Source: an uncultured Chloroflexia bacterium
GTDB lineage: Bacteria > Chloroflexota > Limnocylindria > Limnocylindrales > CSP1-4
Reading direction: 5' to 3'
Assembly: GCA_963712745.1 (NCBI GenBank)
Contig: CAVQJC010000005.1
Span: forward strand, 256,001-320,000
DNA length: 64,000 nt
Part shown: positions 40,738 to 49,419 of the stretch, one piece after another
Numbering within the stretch: the stretch's first letter is position 1
How the letters are laid out: the number at the start of each line of letters is the position of its first letter
Program-made: the position numbers and the translations under genes
Notes under the pieces: generated by a model
Database searches by the model: none
Seen by the model: the letters and a program-made list of their open reading frames with translations, nothing else
What the model was told of the DNA's origin: nothing

Positions 40738-42258
40738 CTAGTCGACCGTGACTGCTGCCTGGTCTCCTCCGTCCGTGGCCAACGCGTCCGGGGTGACCTC
40801 GAACGCCAGACGGAAGGCTGGCAGTCGCTCGCCAGGGTGATCGGCTTCGTACGTGAGCTGCGGCGTCCGGAAGTTCTGCACGCCGCCGATGTCCTCACCC
40901 TTGTAGATGCCCGGATAGAGGTCGACGAAGTGCCATCCGGCAGCACCCGTCAGGGGCATGTAGATGGTCACATCGCCCTGGCTGTTGAAGCCACAGGAGT
41001 ACCCGAGGAAGGCGTTGTCGTACACGAGGTTGTAGATGTTCGCGGTCTCCGTCCAGCCAACACCCTTGAGCACGATCTCGGCCATCTCGCCGAAGGGCCC
41101 GCGGACGACCTCCGACGAGACCAGCGACGGGGTGATGGTGACGGAGGCCTCGGCTACCTGGCCGTCATCGGTCGCGGCGATGAGTCGATGCGTGCCGCCA
41201 AGATCGTCAGGGATGGCCCAGGCGAACTCGATCGTCCCGTCGTCTCCCGCGGTCACCGCAGCGACCTCATCGGAGACTTCGTCCCAGCCGCTGCCGGAGA
41301 TGCGGTTGCCCACCACGGACGTCCAGGCCAACGAGACCTCCTGCCCAGGCTCGAAGCCATGCCCGGAGATCATCATCGGCGAGCCGACGGGCCCACTTGC
41401 GACATTCGACCAGAGCGCGGGGCCCTCGCCGTCGGGCGGAGCGGCCACCGTCTCGATCGGAAGGGACTGGCTGGCTGCTGGAGGCGGCATGACCGCGTCG
41501 CCAGACGTGATCTCGAAGTCGAAGGTGTAGTCGAGCCGGTCGGGCCGAGGCGACTGCTGGCCGTTGAGATAGGGCACAGTGAACGCACCGTGGATGATGC
41601 GGATGCGGTGGGGGCCGGCGGCGCCCGTCGCAGGGATAGTGGCCTCGGCCACCCCATCGGAGGTGACCGACGTGAGCACGCCCGTGTACTGGTTGTCGTA
41701 GGTCAGCTGCCAGCTGTTCTCGAGGTAGCCCCAGCCGATGCCTTCCATGCGCACCGTGATGGGCGTGCCCACGGGCCCGGATGCGGGCGAGACGGTGAGC
41801 GTGGGCTCCAGGCGGAAGCCGGCCTTGTTGAGCAGCTGCCCATCGGACTCGACGGTCACGTCATGGGTGAACCCGTAGTCCACGGGGGCCTCGAACACGG
41901 CCTCGAACGAGCCGTCTTCGGCCACGGTCGCACCGCTCATCGGCGTCTTGGTCGGGGTGAACTCGCGGCCCACGAACTCCTCGTTGGCGGCGCCCTCCAG
42001 CAGCCACGAACCATCGACGGAGTTCCAGACGACCTCCACGTCGGTGCCGGGTTCGAACCCATCGCCGGTGATGTTGACCTCGGTGCCGGCGACACCTTTC
42101 CACGGCGTCAGCTCGACGCTGCCGACGTACTCGACGACCTGGGCGTCCTGCTGCGCCAGGACCGGTGCGGCGACCAGGATGGCCAGGATGACCGTCGCGG
42201 CGGCGCGACGTAGGCGCCGACCGGATGGCTGACGTGAAACGACGGGTGTGTCCCTCAT
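40738..42258 (-). CDS. Exported multi-Ig/IPT-like repeat protein, function unknown
   Basis: Signal peptide; four repeated beta modules (PWKGVAGTEVNITGDGF, PASGPVGTPITV, SGPVGSPMMISGHGF, GPFGEMAEIVLKGVGW). Confidence 0.7.
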   Translation of the reverse strand: MRDTPVVSRQPSGRRLRRAAATVILAILVAAPVLAQQDAQVVEYVGSVELTPWKGVAGTEVNITGDGFEPGTDVEVVWNSVDGSWLLEGAANEEFVGREFTPTKTPMSGATVAEDGSFEAVFEAPVDYGFTHDVTVESDGQLLNKAGFRLEPTLTVSPASGPVGTPITVRMEGIGWGYLENSWQLTYDNQYTGVLTSVTSDGVAEATIPATGAAGPHRIRIIHGAFTVPYLNGQQSPRPDRLDYTFDFEITSGDAVMPPPAASQSLPIETVAAPPDGEGPALWSNVASGPVGSPMMISGHGFEPGQEVSLAWTSVVGNRISGSGWDEVSDEVAAVTAGDDGTIEFAWAIPDDLGGTHRLIAATDDGQVAEASVTITPSLVSSEVVRGPFGEMAEIVLKGVGWTETANIYNLVYDNAFLGYSCGFNSQGDVTIYMPLTGAAGWHFVDLYPGIYKGEDIGGVQNFRTPQLTYEADHPGERLPAFRLAFEVTPDALATDGGDQAAVTVD

Positions 42259-42334
42259 GGCTCCGCCTCGCTCCTGCTTTGCGTCGTGGCGAGCGGATGG
42301 AGCGCCCTGGCTCGGGCGCTCCGTCCGGCTCGAT

Positions 42335-42889
42335 CTAGGCCTCTTCTTCCTCGATGACGGGCCGGACCTCCTCGGTGATGATCAACCTCGCGGGTGACAC
42401 CCCGAATTGCTCGTAGGTCCCGGAGCGCCCGTCCATCGACGTGGCGCTGACCGTGTACCCGAGCTCGCCCGTTGGGTAGTCCTCCGGGATATCCCAGCCA
42501 TACGTCCAGAAGAAGTCCGCCGGTGTGTCTCGCGGATGCGGTCCGTAGCGCATGTCGAGCACCTGGTCGGGCAGCACCACCTGGACAGACTCGAGCATGG
42601 TGTCGTCCATCGGCTGTCCAGTCAGCGGGTCGAAGATCTTGACGCGCCAGACGATCTCCTCGTTTCGCGCGAAGCGGTTGCTCTGGACGCACGACTTGGA
42701 GACGCGCTCCTCGTCAGGAATGTTGGCGGGGCCCCAGACGGTGTCGGCGTCGATGAACAGCCAGTCGCCTGCTGCCTCTTCCTGGGCGGCTACCGGTACC
42801 GCACCCAGCGCGAGCATCGCACCGAGCACGGCCACCAGGAACCCGAGACTCCGCCTTGTCCGGTTCGTCCGGACGGGTCGGGAATCCAT
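42335..42889 (-). CDS. Exported hypothetical protein
   Basis: Signal peptide ending VAA-Q; CVQSNRF, YGPHP and WDIPEDYPTG; RBS ggggaaag. Confidence 0.75.
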   Translation of the reverse strand: MDSRPVRTNRTRRSLGFLVAVLGAMLALGAVPVAAQEEAAGDWLFIDADTVWGPANIPDEERVSKSCVQSNRFARNEEIVWRVKIFDPLTGQPMDDTMLESVQVVLPDQVLDMRYGPHPRDTPADFFWTYGWDIPEDYPTGELGYTVSATSMDGRSGTYEQFGVSPARLIITEEVRPVIEEEEA

Positions 42890-42919
42890 GGCTTTCCCCT
42901 TTCCCTCGCCTTGAGCGAG

Positions 42920-43607
42920 CTACCCTGGTTGCGGGCCCGACCCGGCGCCGGGCACTTCCGCGCTGACTTCGATCCGGAGCGCCTTGATCGCTCCGGCGAG
43001 ATGAACGAACCCTGAGCAGGGTGAGCACGGTCACGCTGATGAGCACGACCCAGACGAAGACGACGGCGGCGCCGATAGCGAGGGGCATCACATCGGCCAG
43101 CGGCCGCAGTTGCGGGTCCACGATTCCGCCTCGTGGGACTTCTTCGGGGATGACCACGGTCTCGGCCGGGAAGACGACGTCATCCTCCACCTGCGACGAG
43201 GCCAGCGAGTCATTGCCGCTGTACGAGGCGGTCACCTTGTAGGTGTCCTCGCGAGGCACGATGGCCACGCGCGCGATCCCGGCGTTGTCCGTGGGCGCTC
43301 GGCCGATGGTCACCGTACGTCCACCGAAGACGTCCACCACACGCCGAATGCTCACGCGTTCGCCGACCACGGCAGAGCCGTCCTGTGCCAGCAGGCGAGC
43401 CGCCAGATAGTGGGGGATGCCCGTCATCGACGACGCCTCGAACGCGATGCTGAGCGACGTGGCCTCCTTCGCGGGGGGCGACTCTGGCGCATCCTCCTGG
43501 GCACCGGTGACATGGCCCACGAGCGCGACGCAGACGATGGCGAGCGCCAGCGCCGGCAGACCCTGATGCACGCGCCGAGCGACGAGTGAAGACGTCGGCC
43601 TTGCCAT
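42920..43607 (-). CDS. Membrane-anchored Ig-like protein; 3' end uncertain
   Basis: ATG at 43607 overlaps the corrected nrfD-like stop; N-terminal signal, Ig-like TDNAGIARV...YKVTASYSG, C-terminal TM. The called frame runs to 42714; a shifted frame stops at 42920. Confidence 0.55.
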
Positions 43608-45019
43608 CACGCGGGGCGCTCCGTGGGCGCGGCCTGCGTCGTCTGCGCCGCCTGAGTCGCCTCGCGCGCACGCCGTTCCGCTTGTTCCCGCTCGATCTCG
43701 GTCGATCTCGAAGACCGACAGGACCGGGAAGACGCGGAAGAGGAGCATCACGATGAGGGGGATCCGGCGGCAGCGCCGATGACCACGAGCAGCTCGACCA
43801 GGCTGGGTGTATAGGACCCGGTGCCGCCACCGATCAGAGGCTGGGTCTGGGGCGGAACGGTGATGAGATAGCGCTTGACGAACATCGACACGATGACCAG
43901 CGTCGAGGCCACTGAGATCCCCACCGGGGTCCGCGTCCTCGGGATCGCGATGAGCAACACCGGCAGTACCAGCCCAAGTAGCACGAAGCCCCAGAAGAAG
44001 GGAGCGAACTCGTCGAGAACGAGGGCGAAGAGCACGCTCGCGTCAGCCGTCTCGCTGACGTAGCCCTCGGTGGTGACCTCGGTGAAGGTGGCGTACCCAT
44101 AGGCCACGGCGAGCGCGACGAGGATGTAGCCGAGGTTGCGGATGACACGGTCGTCGATCCAGCGACCAAGCCCGTACGCCATGCGATAGGACACGGCCGC
44201 GAGGATCACGACCGCGACGCCGGAGTAGATGGCGCCGATGACGAAGTACGGCCCAAAGATCGTGCTGTGCCAGCCGGGCCGGCTGGTGAGCGAGAACGCA
44301 TAGGAGAGGACCGTGTGGACGATGATCGCCAGCGGCACGATGAGGATGGCTACGATGGTCAACGCCCGTTCGAGGCTGAGGCGCTGCCGGTCGGTGCCAT
44401 TCCAGCCGAAGGACAGCCACCCGTAGAGCCGCCGCCGCCATCCACGGATGCCAGGGCGATCGCGCAGCATGCCCATGTCGGCGACAAGCGGCAACCCGAA
44501 GAGGACGAGTGTGGCCAGCAGATACGTGGAGATGGCCACCATGTCCCACACGATGGGACTGTTGATCTGCGGCCGGACCACGACCTCCCAGAGGCGCTCT
44601 GGCCGACCGACGTGGATGATCGGGAAGAGTGCGCCCATCAGCAGCGTCGCGAGAGCCGTGGCCTCGGCAATGCGCGAGACGCCTCCGCGCCACGGCACGC
44701 CGGTGAAGCGCAGGATGGCGGAAACGAGGGCGCCGCCGTAGCTGAAGCCGATGAACGTCACGAGCGTCGCGGTGTAGACACCCCAGAAGACCTGGTCGTT
44801 GAGGCCGGTCGTGCCGATGCCGTTGACGATCTGGTACCCGTAGGCCGCGACGCCGGTGAGTGCCAGCAAGATCAGCACCGACAGGTGCACCTTGAAGCCG
44901 ATACCCGCGCGGAGGGCGGGACGCATGGCAGCCTCGAAGAGCTCGTCGTCCGCGGGCTGCTCATCGACGCTCGCCGCTTCGGTCGGCCGGACGGTACCGG
45001 GGACGGGGTCTGCCATCAT
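43607..45019 (-). CDS. NrfD/PsrC-family membrane quinol-interacting subunit, two apparent frameshifts near the 3' end
   Basis: GLNDQVFWGVY, SRIAEA, HVGRPER, SPIVWDM, PGWHSTIFGPYFV and KRYLITVP; the tail LLFRVFPVLSVFEI and EIEREQ...ERPA* lies in shifted frames. Confidence 0.85.
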
Positions 45020-45873
45020 CAGTAGTCCAGGTCCTGCCCGTGGCCAGCCACGTAGTAGACGCGCGGTTCCGTGCCGAGGTGCTCTTTCAGCCGATAGACG
45101 TCGTGCTCGCGCAGGTACTGCGAGAGTCCGACGGTCTCGCGGCCGTTGGTCGCGACATCGGTCACGAGGTCACCGATGTAGACCGCTTCCATGCCGCACT
45201 TGCTGACACAGGCAGGCAGCTCCCCTTCCCTCGCGAGATGGGCGCAGTTGTCGCACTTGCCGACCGTCCCCTGCACCTGCGGGATCTGCAGTTCAGGCCC
45301 GTCATGTCGTGCCTCCGCGGGGACGTCAACCGGCTCATCCCAGTTGAAGGTCCGGACGCCATAGGGACACGCCGCCATGCACATGCGACAGCCGATGCAG
45401 ACGCTCTGGTCGATGGCGATCGGCCCATCCGCGGTGCGGTACGTGGCGGTGACCGGGCAGACCTGCACGCAGGGCGGCCGCTCGCACATCTGGCACATCA
45501 CCGGCAGGAAGTAGTCACCGCCGGACGCATCGGTCAGGCGATAGACCCGGATCCACTCCTGGTGGGCCGGCAGGAAGTGCTCGGTCTGGCAGGCGGTCGT
45601 GCATTCAGCGCAGCCGTCGCAGCGACGCAGATCGATGATGAAGACCCACTGGTGTTCTGCGCCTGGTCCGGTAGCCGGCAGATCACTGGCCCTGACGCGC
45701 TCGAGAAGGCCGAGCATGGTGGCCGCCTGACCGCCGGCGACGAGTGCGGCACCAACGGCCACGAGCTTCAGGAAGGTTCGCCGCTCCATGCCACTGGCGC
45801 CGTTGGGCCGGGGCGGAGGGGCAGTCAGCGGGACTTCACTCTGGACATTCGGAGGCGTCGTGTCGGTGTCCAT
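45019..45873 (-). CDS. Tat-exported 4x[4Fe-4S] ferredoxin subunit (NrfC/DsrO/PsrB-like)
   Basis: ERRTFLK Tat motif; CDGCAECTTAC, CQMCERPPCVQVCP, CIGCRMCMAACPY, KCDNC...PACVSKC, and LGTEPRVYY. Confidence 0.9.
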   Translation of the reverse strand: MDTDTTPPNVQSEVPLTAPPPRPNGASGMERRTFLKLVAVGAALVAGGQAATMLGLLERVRASDLPATGPGAEHQWVFIIDLRRCDGCAECTTACQTEHFLPAHQEWIRVYRLTDASGGDYFLPVMCQMCERPPCVQVCPVTATYRTADGPIAIDQSVCIGCRMCMAACPYGVRTFNWDEPVDVPAEARHDGPELQIPQVQGTVGKCDNCAHLAREGELPACVSKCGMEAVYIGDLVTDVATNGRETVGLSQYLREHDVYRLKEHLGTEPRVYYVAGHGQDLDY

Positions 45874-46061
45874 GACGATCGTCCGATGCTCGCTGCATCG
45901 ATGGGTCGCGCCAACCGTGTAAACCACGATGAGCAACAGCGAGAAGCCGAACCACCGGCTGCGGAACCCCGCAGCTTGGTGTTCGGTGGACCGCACGCAG
46001 AACGCGGGTTTTGCCGATACGGCGAGCCCACCAGCGGTGTAGGCTCCCGCGGGAGAGCCTC

Positions 46062-46733
46062 ATGAAAAGCCCACACGAGCCGATCAGCGTCCTGCTCGCC
46101 GATGATCACGCCCTTGTGCGCGAGGGGACGCGACAAATGCTCGAACGGCACGCCGAGATCACCGTCGTGGGCGAGGCGGTGGACGGCGAGACGGCTATCG
46201 AGATGGTCAGGGATCTCCGACCCGACGTGCTGGTGCTCGACATGAGCATGCCCGTCGCCAATGGGGTGGAGGTCACCACGGTCGTGCGCTCCGCTCCGGA
46301 CCCTCCCCAGGTCCTGATCCTGAGCGCATATGACGACGGCGACTACGCCTCGGCGGCGCTGCGGGCCGGAGCCTCGGGATATCTGCTCAAGACCGCCGGT
46401 GGTGAAGACCTGTACGCGGCCATCCTGGCCGTGGCGCGAGGCGAAGTCGTGCTCCACCCCACGATCGCGGCGCGGGTGCTCGAATCACACCCCGGCCATG
46501 AGCACGACCACGTCATGACCCTCTCCGAGCGCGAGCTGGAAGTCCTGAGCCACGCCTCACGGGGGCTCAGGACCGCGGACATCGCCGATGAGCTTTCGGT
46601 GAGCTCACGAACGGTCGAGAGTCACTTCACGAGCATCTTCAACAAGCTCGGCGTGGCCAACCGAACGGCAGCAGTCCTGCATGCCGCATCGCAGGGCTGG
46701 ATCGCGACCGATCGTGCCGATCGTGACGGGTGA
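46062..46733 (+). CDS. NarL/LuxR-family response regulator
   Basis: LLADDH, VLDMSMP, GYLLK and LSERELEVL...IFNKLGV. Confidence 0.93.
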   Translation: MKSPHEPISVLLADDHALVREGTRQMLERHAEITVVGEAVDGETAIEMVRDLRPDVLVLDMSMPVANGVEVTTVVRSAPDPPQVLILSAYDDGDYASAALRAGASGYLLKTAGGEDLYAAILAVARGEVVLHPTIAARVLESHPGHEHDHVMTLSERELEVLSHASRGLRTADIADELSVSSRTVESHFTSIFNKLGVANRTAAVLHAASQGWIATDRADRDG

Positions 46734-46782
46734 ACGCGTAGGGCCGCAGCTGGAGGGGACGGGCGAGCGCGAGGCGCCGCGT

Positions 46783-48201
46783 ATGACCGCGACACGCGCT
46801 CAACTGAGATCGTGGCTACCTCCCATCGAGGACCGCCGCTTCTGGCTCGTGCAGGTCCTGGTGGTGCTGGTCGCGGTGCTGCACACAGTGGTGGAGTACG
46901 GAGAGGCCCTGGACGCCCACAGCCCGATCTACCTGCTGCCCACGACGCTCTTCCTCATCCCGGTCCTCTACGCAGCGGTGACCTTCGGGCGCCGTGGAGC
47001 CATCCTCACGGCCGTCTGGGCTGCAGTCCTGGTGCTGCCCAATATCTCCGTCCTGCATGATCCCGTGGAGGCCGTGGGCGAGCTCACGCAGGTCGCATGG
47101 ATCACGGTGGTCGCCATGTTCGTCGGTGGAAGGGTGGAGCGCGAGCGCCGCGCCCGACACGTGGCCGAGTTCAGAGAGGAACGTCGACGAGATTCGGAGG
47201 AGCGCTACCGGGCGATCGTCAACAACGTCGGCGAGCCCATCGTGATCCTCGACGCCGATCAGAACGTCATCGAGGCCAACGACGCGGCCACGGCGCTGTT
47301 CGGGCAGGGTGACCTGACCATCCGGGGCGGCCGACTGCATGGCGAAGCCGGTGAGGCCATGCAAGCGCTCCTGGGCGCCGCCGGGGATGAGCCTCCGGCG
47401 TCGCGCATCCAGCTTGGTCAGCCGCAGCGCTGGTACGAGCCGGTCGCCTACGCAAGCACGGACGCCAGGGGTGCTTCGACCACGCAGATCCTGCTCGTTG
47501 ACGTGACCGACAGCACCGAGCGCGAGCAGGGCCTCGAGAGTATCGCGCGCCGCACCATCGCGACGCGCGAGGAAGAGCAGCGGCGCATCTCGCGCGAGCT
47601 CCACGACGGACCCCTCCAGCTGCTCATGACGCTGTGGCGAAACCTCGACTCGATGACGCTCGAGGCAGAGGACCCGCTTCGCGGAGACCTGGTGCGCGCA
47701 CGCGGAACGACCGAAGACGTGGCCGACCAGCTGCGACGCTTCAGCCGCGATCTCCGACCCTCGATCCTGGACGACCTGGGCATCGCAGCAGCGCTGCGGT
47801 CCGAGGCCGAGCGGATGGCCGCCGAGTCGTCGCTCGACGTCCGGGTCGAGATCATCGGCAAACCGCGTCGCTTGGGCTCCGATCCCGAAATCGCACTGCT
47901 GCGGATCGCCCAGGAGGCGCTCCGCAATGTCGTCCGGCATTCGGGAGCCTCGAAGGCCACGGTGACCCTCCATTTCGGCCAATCAGACGTGTACATGAAT
48001 GTCGCGGACGACGGAGTCGGCCTCGAGTCCATGCCGACACCATCGGAGTTGCTACGCGGCAGCCACCTCGGCCTCATCGGGATGCAGGAGCGCGCGCGGA
48101 TGGTGGGCGGCTCCGTCCGGTTCGCTCAAGCTGCCCTCGGCGGCCTGGAGGTCGTCGTCGAGCTCCGCGACCAGGGTCGAACAGCAATCCACCACGCCTA
48201 G
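46783..48201 (+). CDS. Membrane PAS-containing HisKA_3 sensor histidine kinase
   Basis: Four TM helices, PAS (YRAIVNN...VIEANDAA), ISRELHDG, LRPSILDDLG, QEALRNVVRH, DDGVG and GLIGMQERA. Confidence 0.92.
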   Translation: MTATRAQLRSWLPPIEDRRFWLVQVLVVLVAVLHTVVEYGEALDAHSPIYLLPTTLFLIPVLYAAVTFGRRGAILTAVWAAVLVLPNISVLHDPVEAVGELTQVAWITVVAMFVGGRVERERRARHVAEFREERRRDSEERYRAIVNNVGEPIVILDADQNVIEANDAATALFGQGDLTIRGGRLHGEAGEAMQALLGAAGDEPPASRIQLGQPQRWYEPVAYASTDARGASTTQILLVDVTDSTEREQGLESIARRTIATREEEQRRISRELHDGPLQLLMTLWRNLDSMTLEAEDPLRGDLVRARGTTEDVADQLRRFSRDLRPSILDDLGIAAALRSEAERMAAESSLDVRVEIIGKPRRLGSDPEIALLRIAQEALRNVVRHSGASKATVTLHFGQSDVYMNVADDGVGLESMPTPSELLRGSHLGLIGMQERARMVGGSVRFAQAALGGLEVVVELRDQGRTAIHHA

Positions 48202-48423
48202 TGTCTCGTGCCGCTATTGTCTAGCGGCATAGGGCTGGGTCCGCCACGGTCGGGGCATGGCTCAAGCACCTGCCCCACCACTGTCCGTCCCCGAGGCCGA
48301 CAAGGCCGTCCTCGAGGCCGTCATCCGGGCACCCACGAGCGAGCAGCGTCTCGTGACCTGCGCCCACATCGTGCTGCGTTCGGCCGAGGGCATCGCGATG
48401 GAGCACGTCGCGCGCGAGCTGGG
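48199..48423 (+). mobile_element. IS630-family left-end remnant
   Basis: Starts at cTAgtgtc. ATG 48257 gives MAQAPAPPLSVPEADKAVLEAVIRAPTSEQRLVTCAHIVLRSAEG/(shift)...HVARELG, an IS630-type N-terminal HTH, then truncates. Confidence 0.65.
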
Positions 48424-48488
48424 CGCTCACCACTGACCTTCACGGCCTGCTCGAGGAGTCGAGGGTCGATATCGAGGTTCGTCGCCAT
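48424..48488 (-). pseudogene. vapB: Truncated second vapB copy with its upstream region
   Basis: MATNLDIDPRLLEQAVKVSGER; 48424-48553 is homologous to 40503-40634. Confidence 0.85.
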
Positions 48489-48539
48489 GTGCGGATCGGC
48501 GCACAACGCTGCACGATGGCCACGCCTCAATCCGGGGCG

Positions 48540-48570
48540 TCCTCGCGATCCGTAGGCAGCAGGTCCTCGG
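48540..48570 (+). repeat. Partial att copy
   Basis: tcctcgcgatccgtaggcagcaggtcctcgg versus tRNA ttcgtaaacagcaggtcctcgg. Confidence 0.7.
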
Positions 48571-48676
48571 GCACGAGCCGACCTACTGGAACGGCCTGCG
48601 GACGCTGGAGGCGGCCGGCTGGCCGGAAGCCGACGGGTCGAAGGTTCACGGTGGCCTGGCGGCAACGTCCTCTACA

Positions 48677-48735
48677 TTCGTAAACAGCAGGTCCTCGGTT
48701 CAAATCCGAGTGTCGGCTCCACTCTCTCACGCGTG
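48677..48735 (+). repeat. att site: exact 3' half of tRNA-Thr
   Basis: ttcgtaaacagcaggtcctcggttcaaatccgagtgtcggctcca (48677-48721) followed by ctctctcacgcgtga. Confidence 0.95.
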
Positions 48736-48780
48736 AAACCGGCCGATGTCGGGGTGTGTGCGGCTGCCTGCGCGCGGCCC

Positions 48781-48800
48781 GACCCCTACGCTGACCCCTG
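48781..48800 (+). promoter_or_regulatory. Putative integrase arm-type site pair
   Basis: GACCCCTacgctGACCCCTg with 12-bp period; matches 53400-53419. Confidence 0.6.
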
Positions 48801-48889
48801 GAAGTCAAGCTTGCGAATCCTGCGAGTGGCCCTGGAGTTGCACGCTCCCGTAGGACCTGCTCCCAACGAATCCATTGCCCCTTTGGCTC

Positions 48890-49330
48890 CTGCGAATTCG
48901 GCATGTGTGCTGCCTTCGGGTCGCCTGTTGGAGGAACGAGCGGTGACTGGTATGGGTTGTCCGGGGAGCCACCCGCGATTGGATCGTAGGCCTGGAGTAT
49001 GGAGTCAGCAGTCTGGAACGCGCCGTGGCGTCGGAGTTCCCGTTGGCGAATGGAGCTGAAGGACTGCAGCATGTGTTCGGCCTGTGCGCGGCCGAGGCCG
49101 TAAAGCCTGAACAAAGCCGCGTCCAGCTCGGCCCGAGGGCTCTTCGACGGTCGGAATTCCAGATGAATGGCGGCCTGGACCAGCCAAGGGCCAAGGCGAA
49201 GTGGCGGAGCGACTTCGATGTGTACACGAGCTCCGCTACGTACGGTCTGATGAAGTCGCGGAGTGGCTCACCACTCCCGAGATCCGCTTCTCGGCTCGAG
49301 GCCGAACGGTTCGAACCCTCGCAAAGGCCA
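48890..49330 (-). pseudogene. C-terminal remnant of a type IIG/Eco57I-like methyltransferase-endonuclease
   Basis: FIRPYVAELVYTS...PPFIWNSDRRRAL /shift/ ELDAALFRLYGL...HMLQSF...ILQAYD...PYQSPLVPP; no N-terminus. Confidence 0.65.
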
Positions 49331-49419
49331 GGCACGCAGCGCACCATCTGGCCCGATCCCAGCCTCGAGGAGGTGGCGGTCATCGGCGAACGCGGCGCAG
49401 CGCAGCACCACCGGCTCAC

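Noticed and set aside
42714-43751. 345-aa ORF as a real NrfD-tail/Ig fusion
   Set aside because: Removing one base near 43700 gives a natural NrfD end with TGATG coupling to a separate ATG at 43607.
48677-48721. Additional tRNA gene (also 53567-53611)
   Set aside because: The 5' acceptor strand and D arm are missing; these are att duplications.
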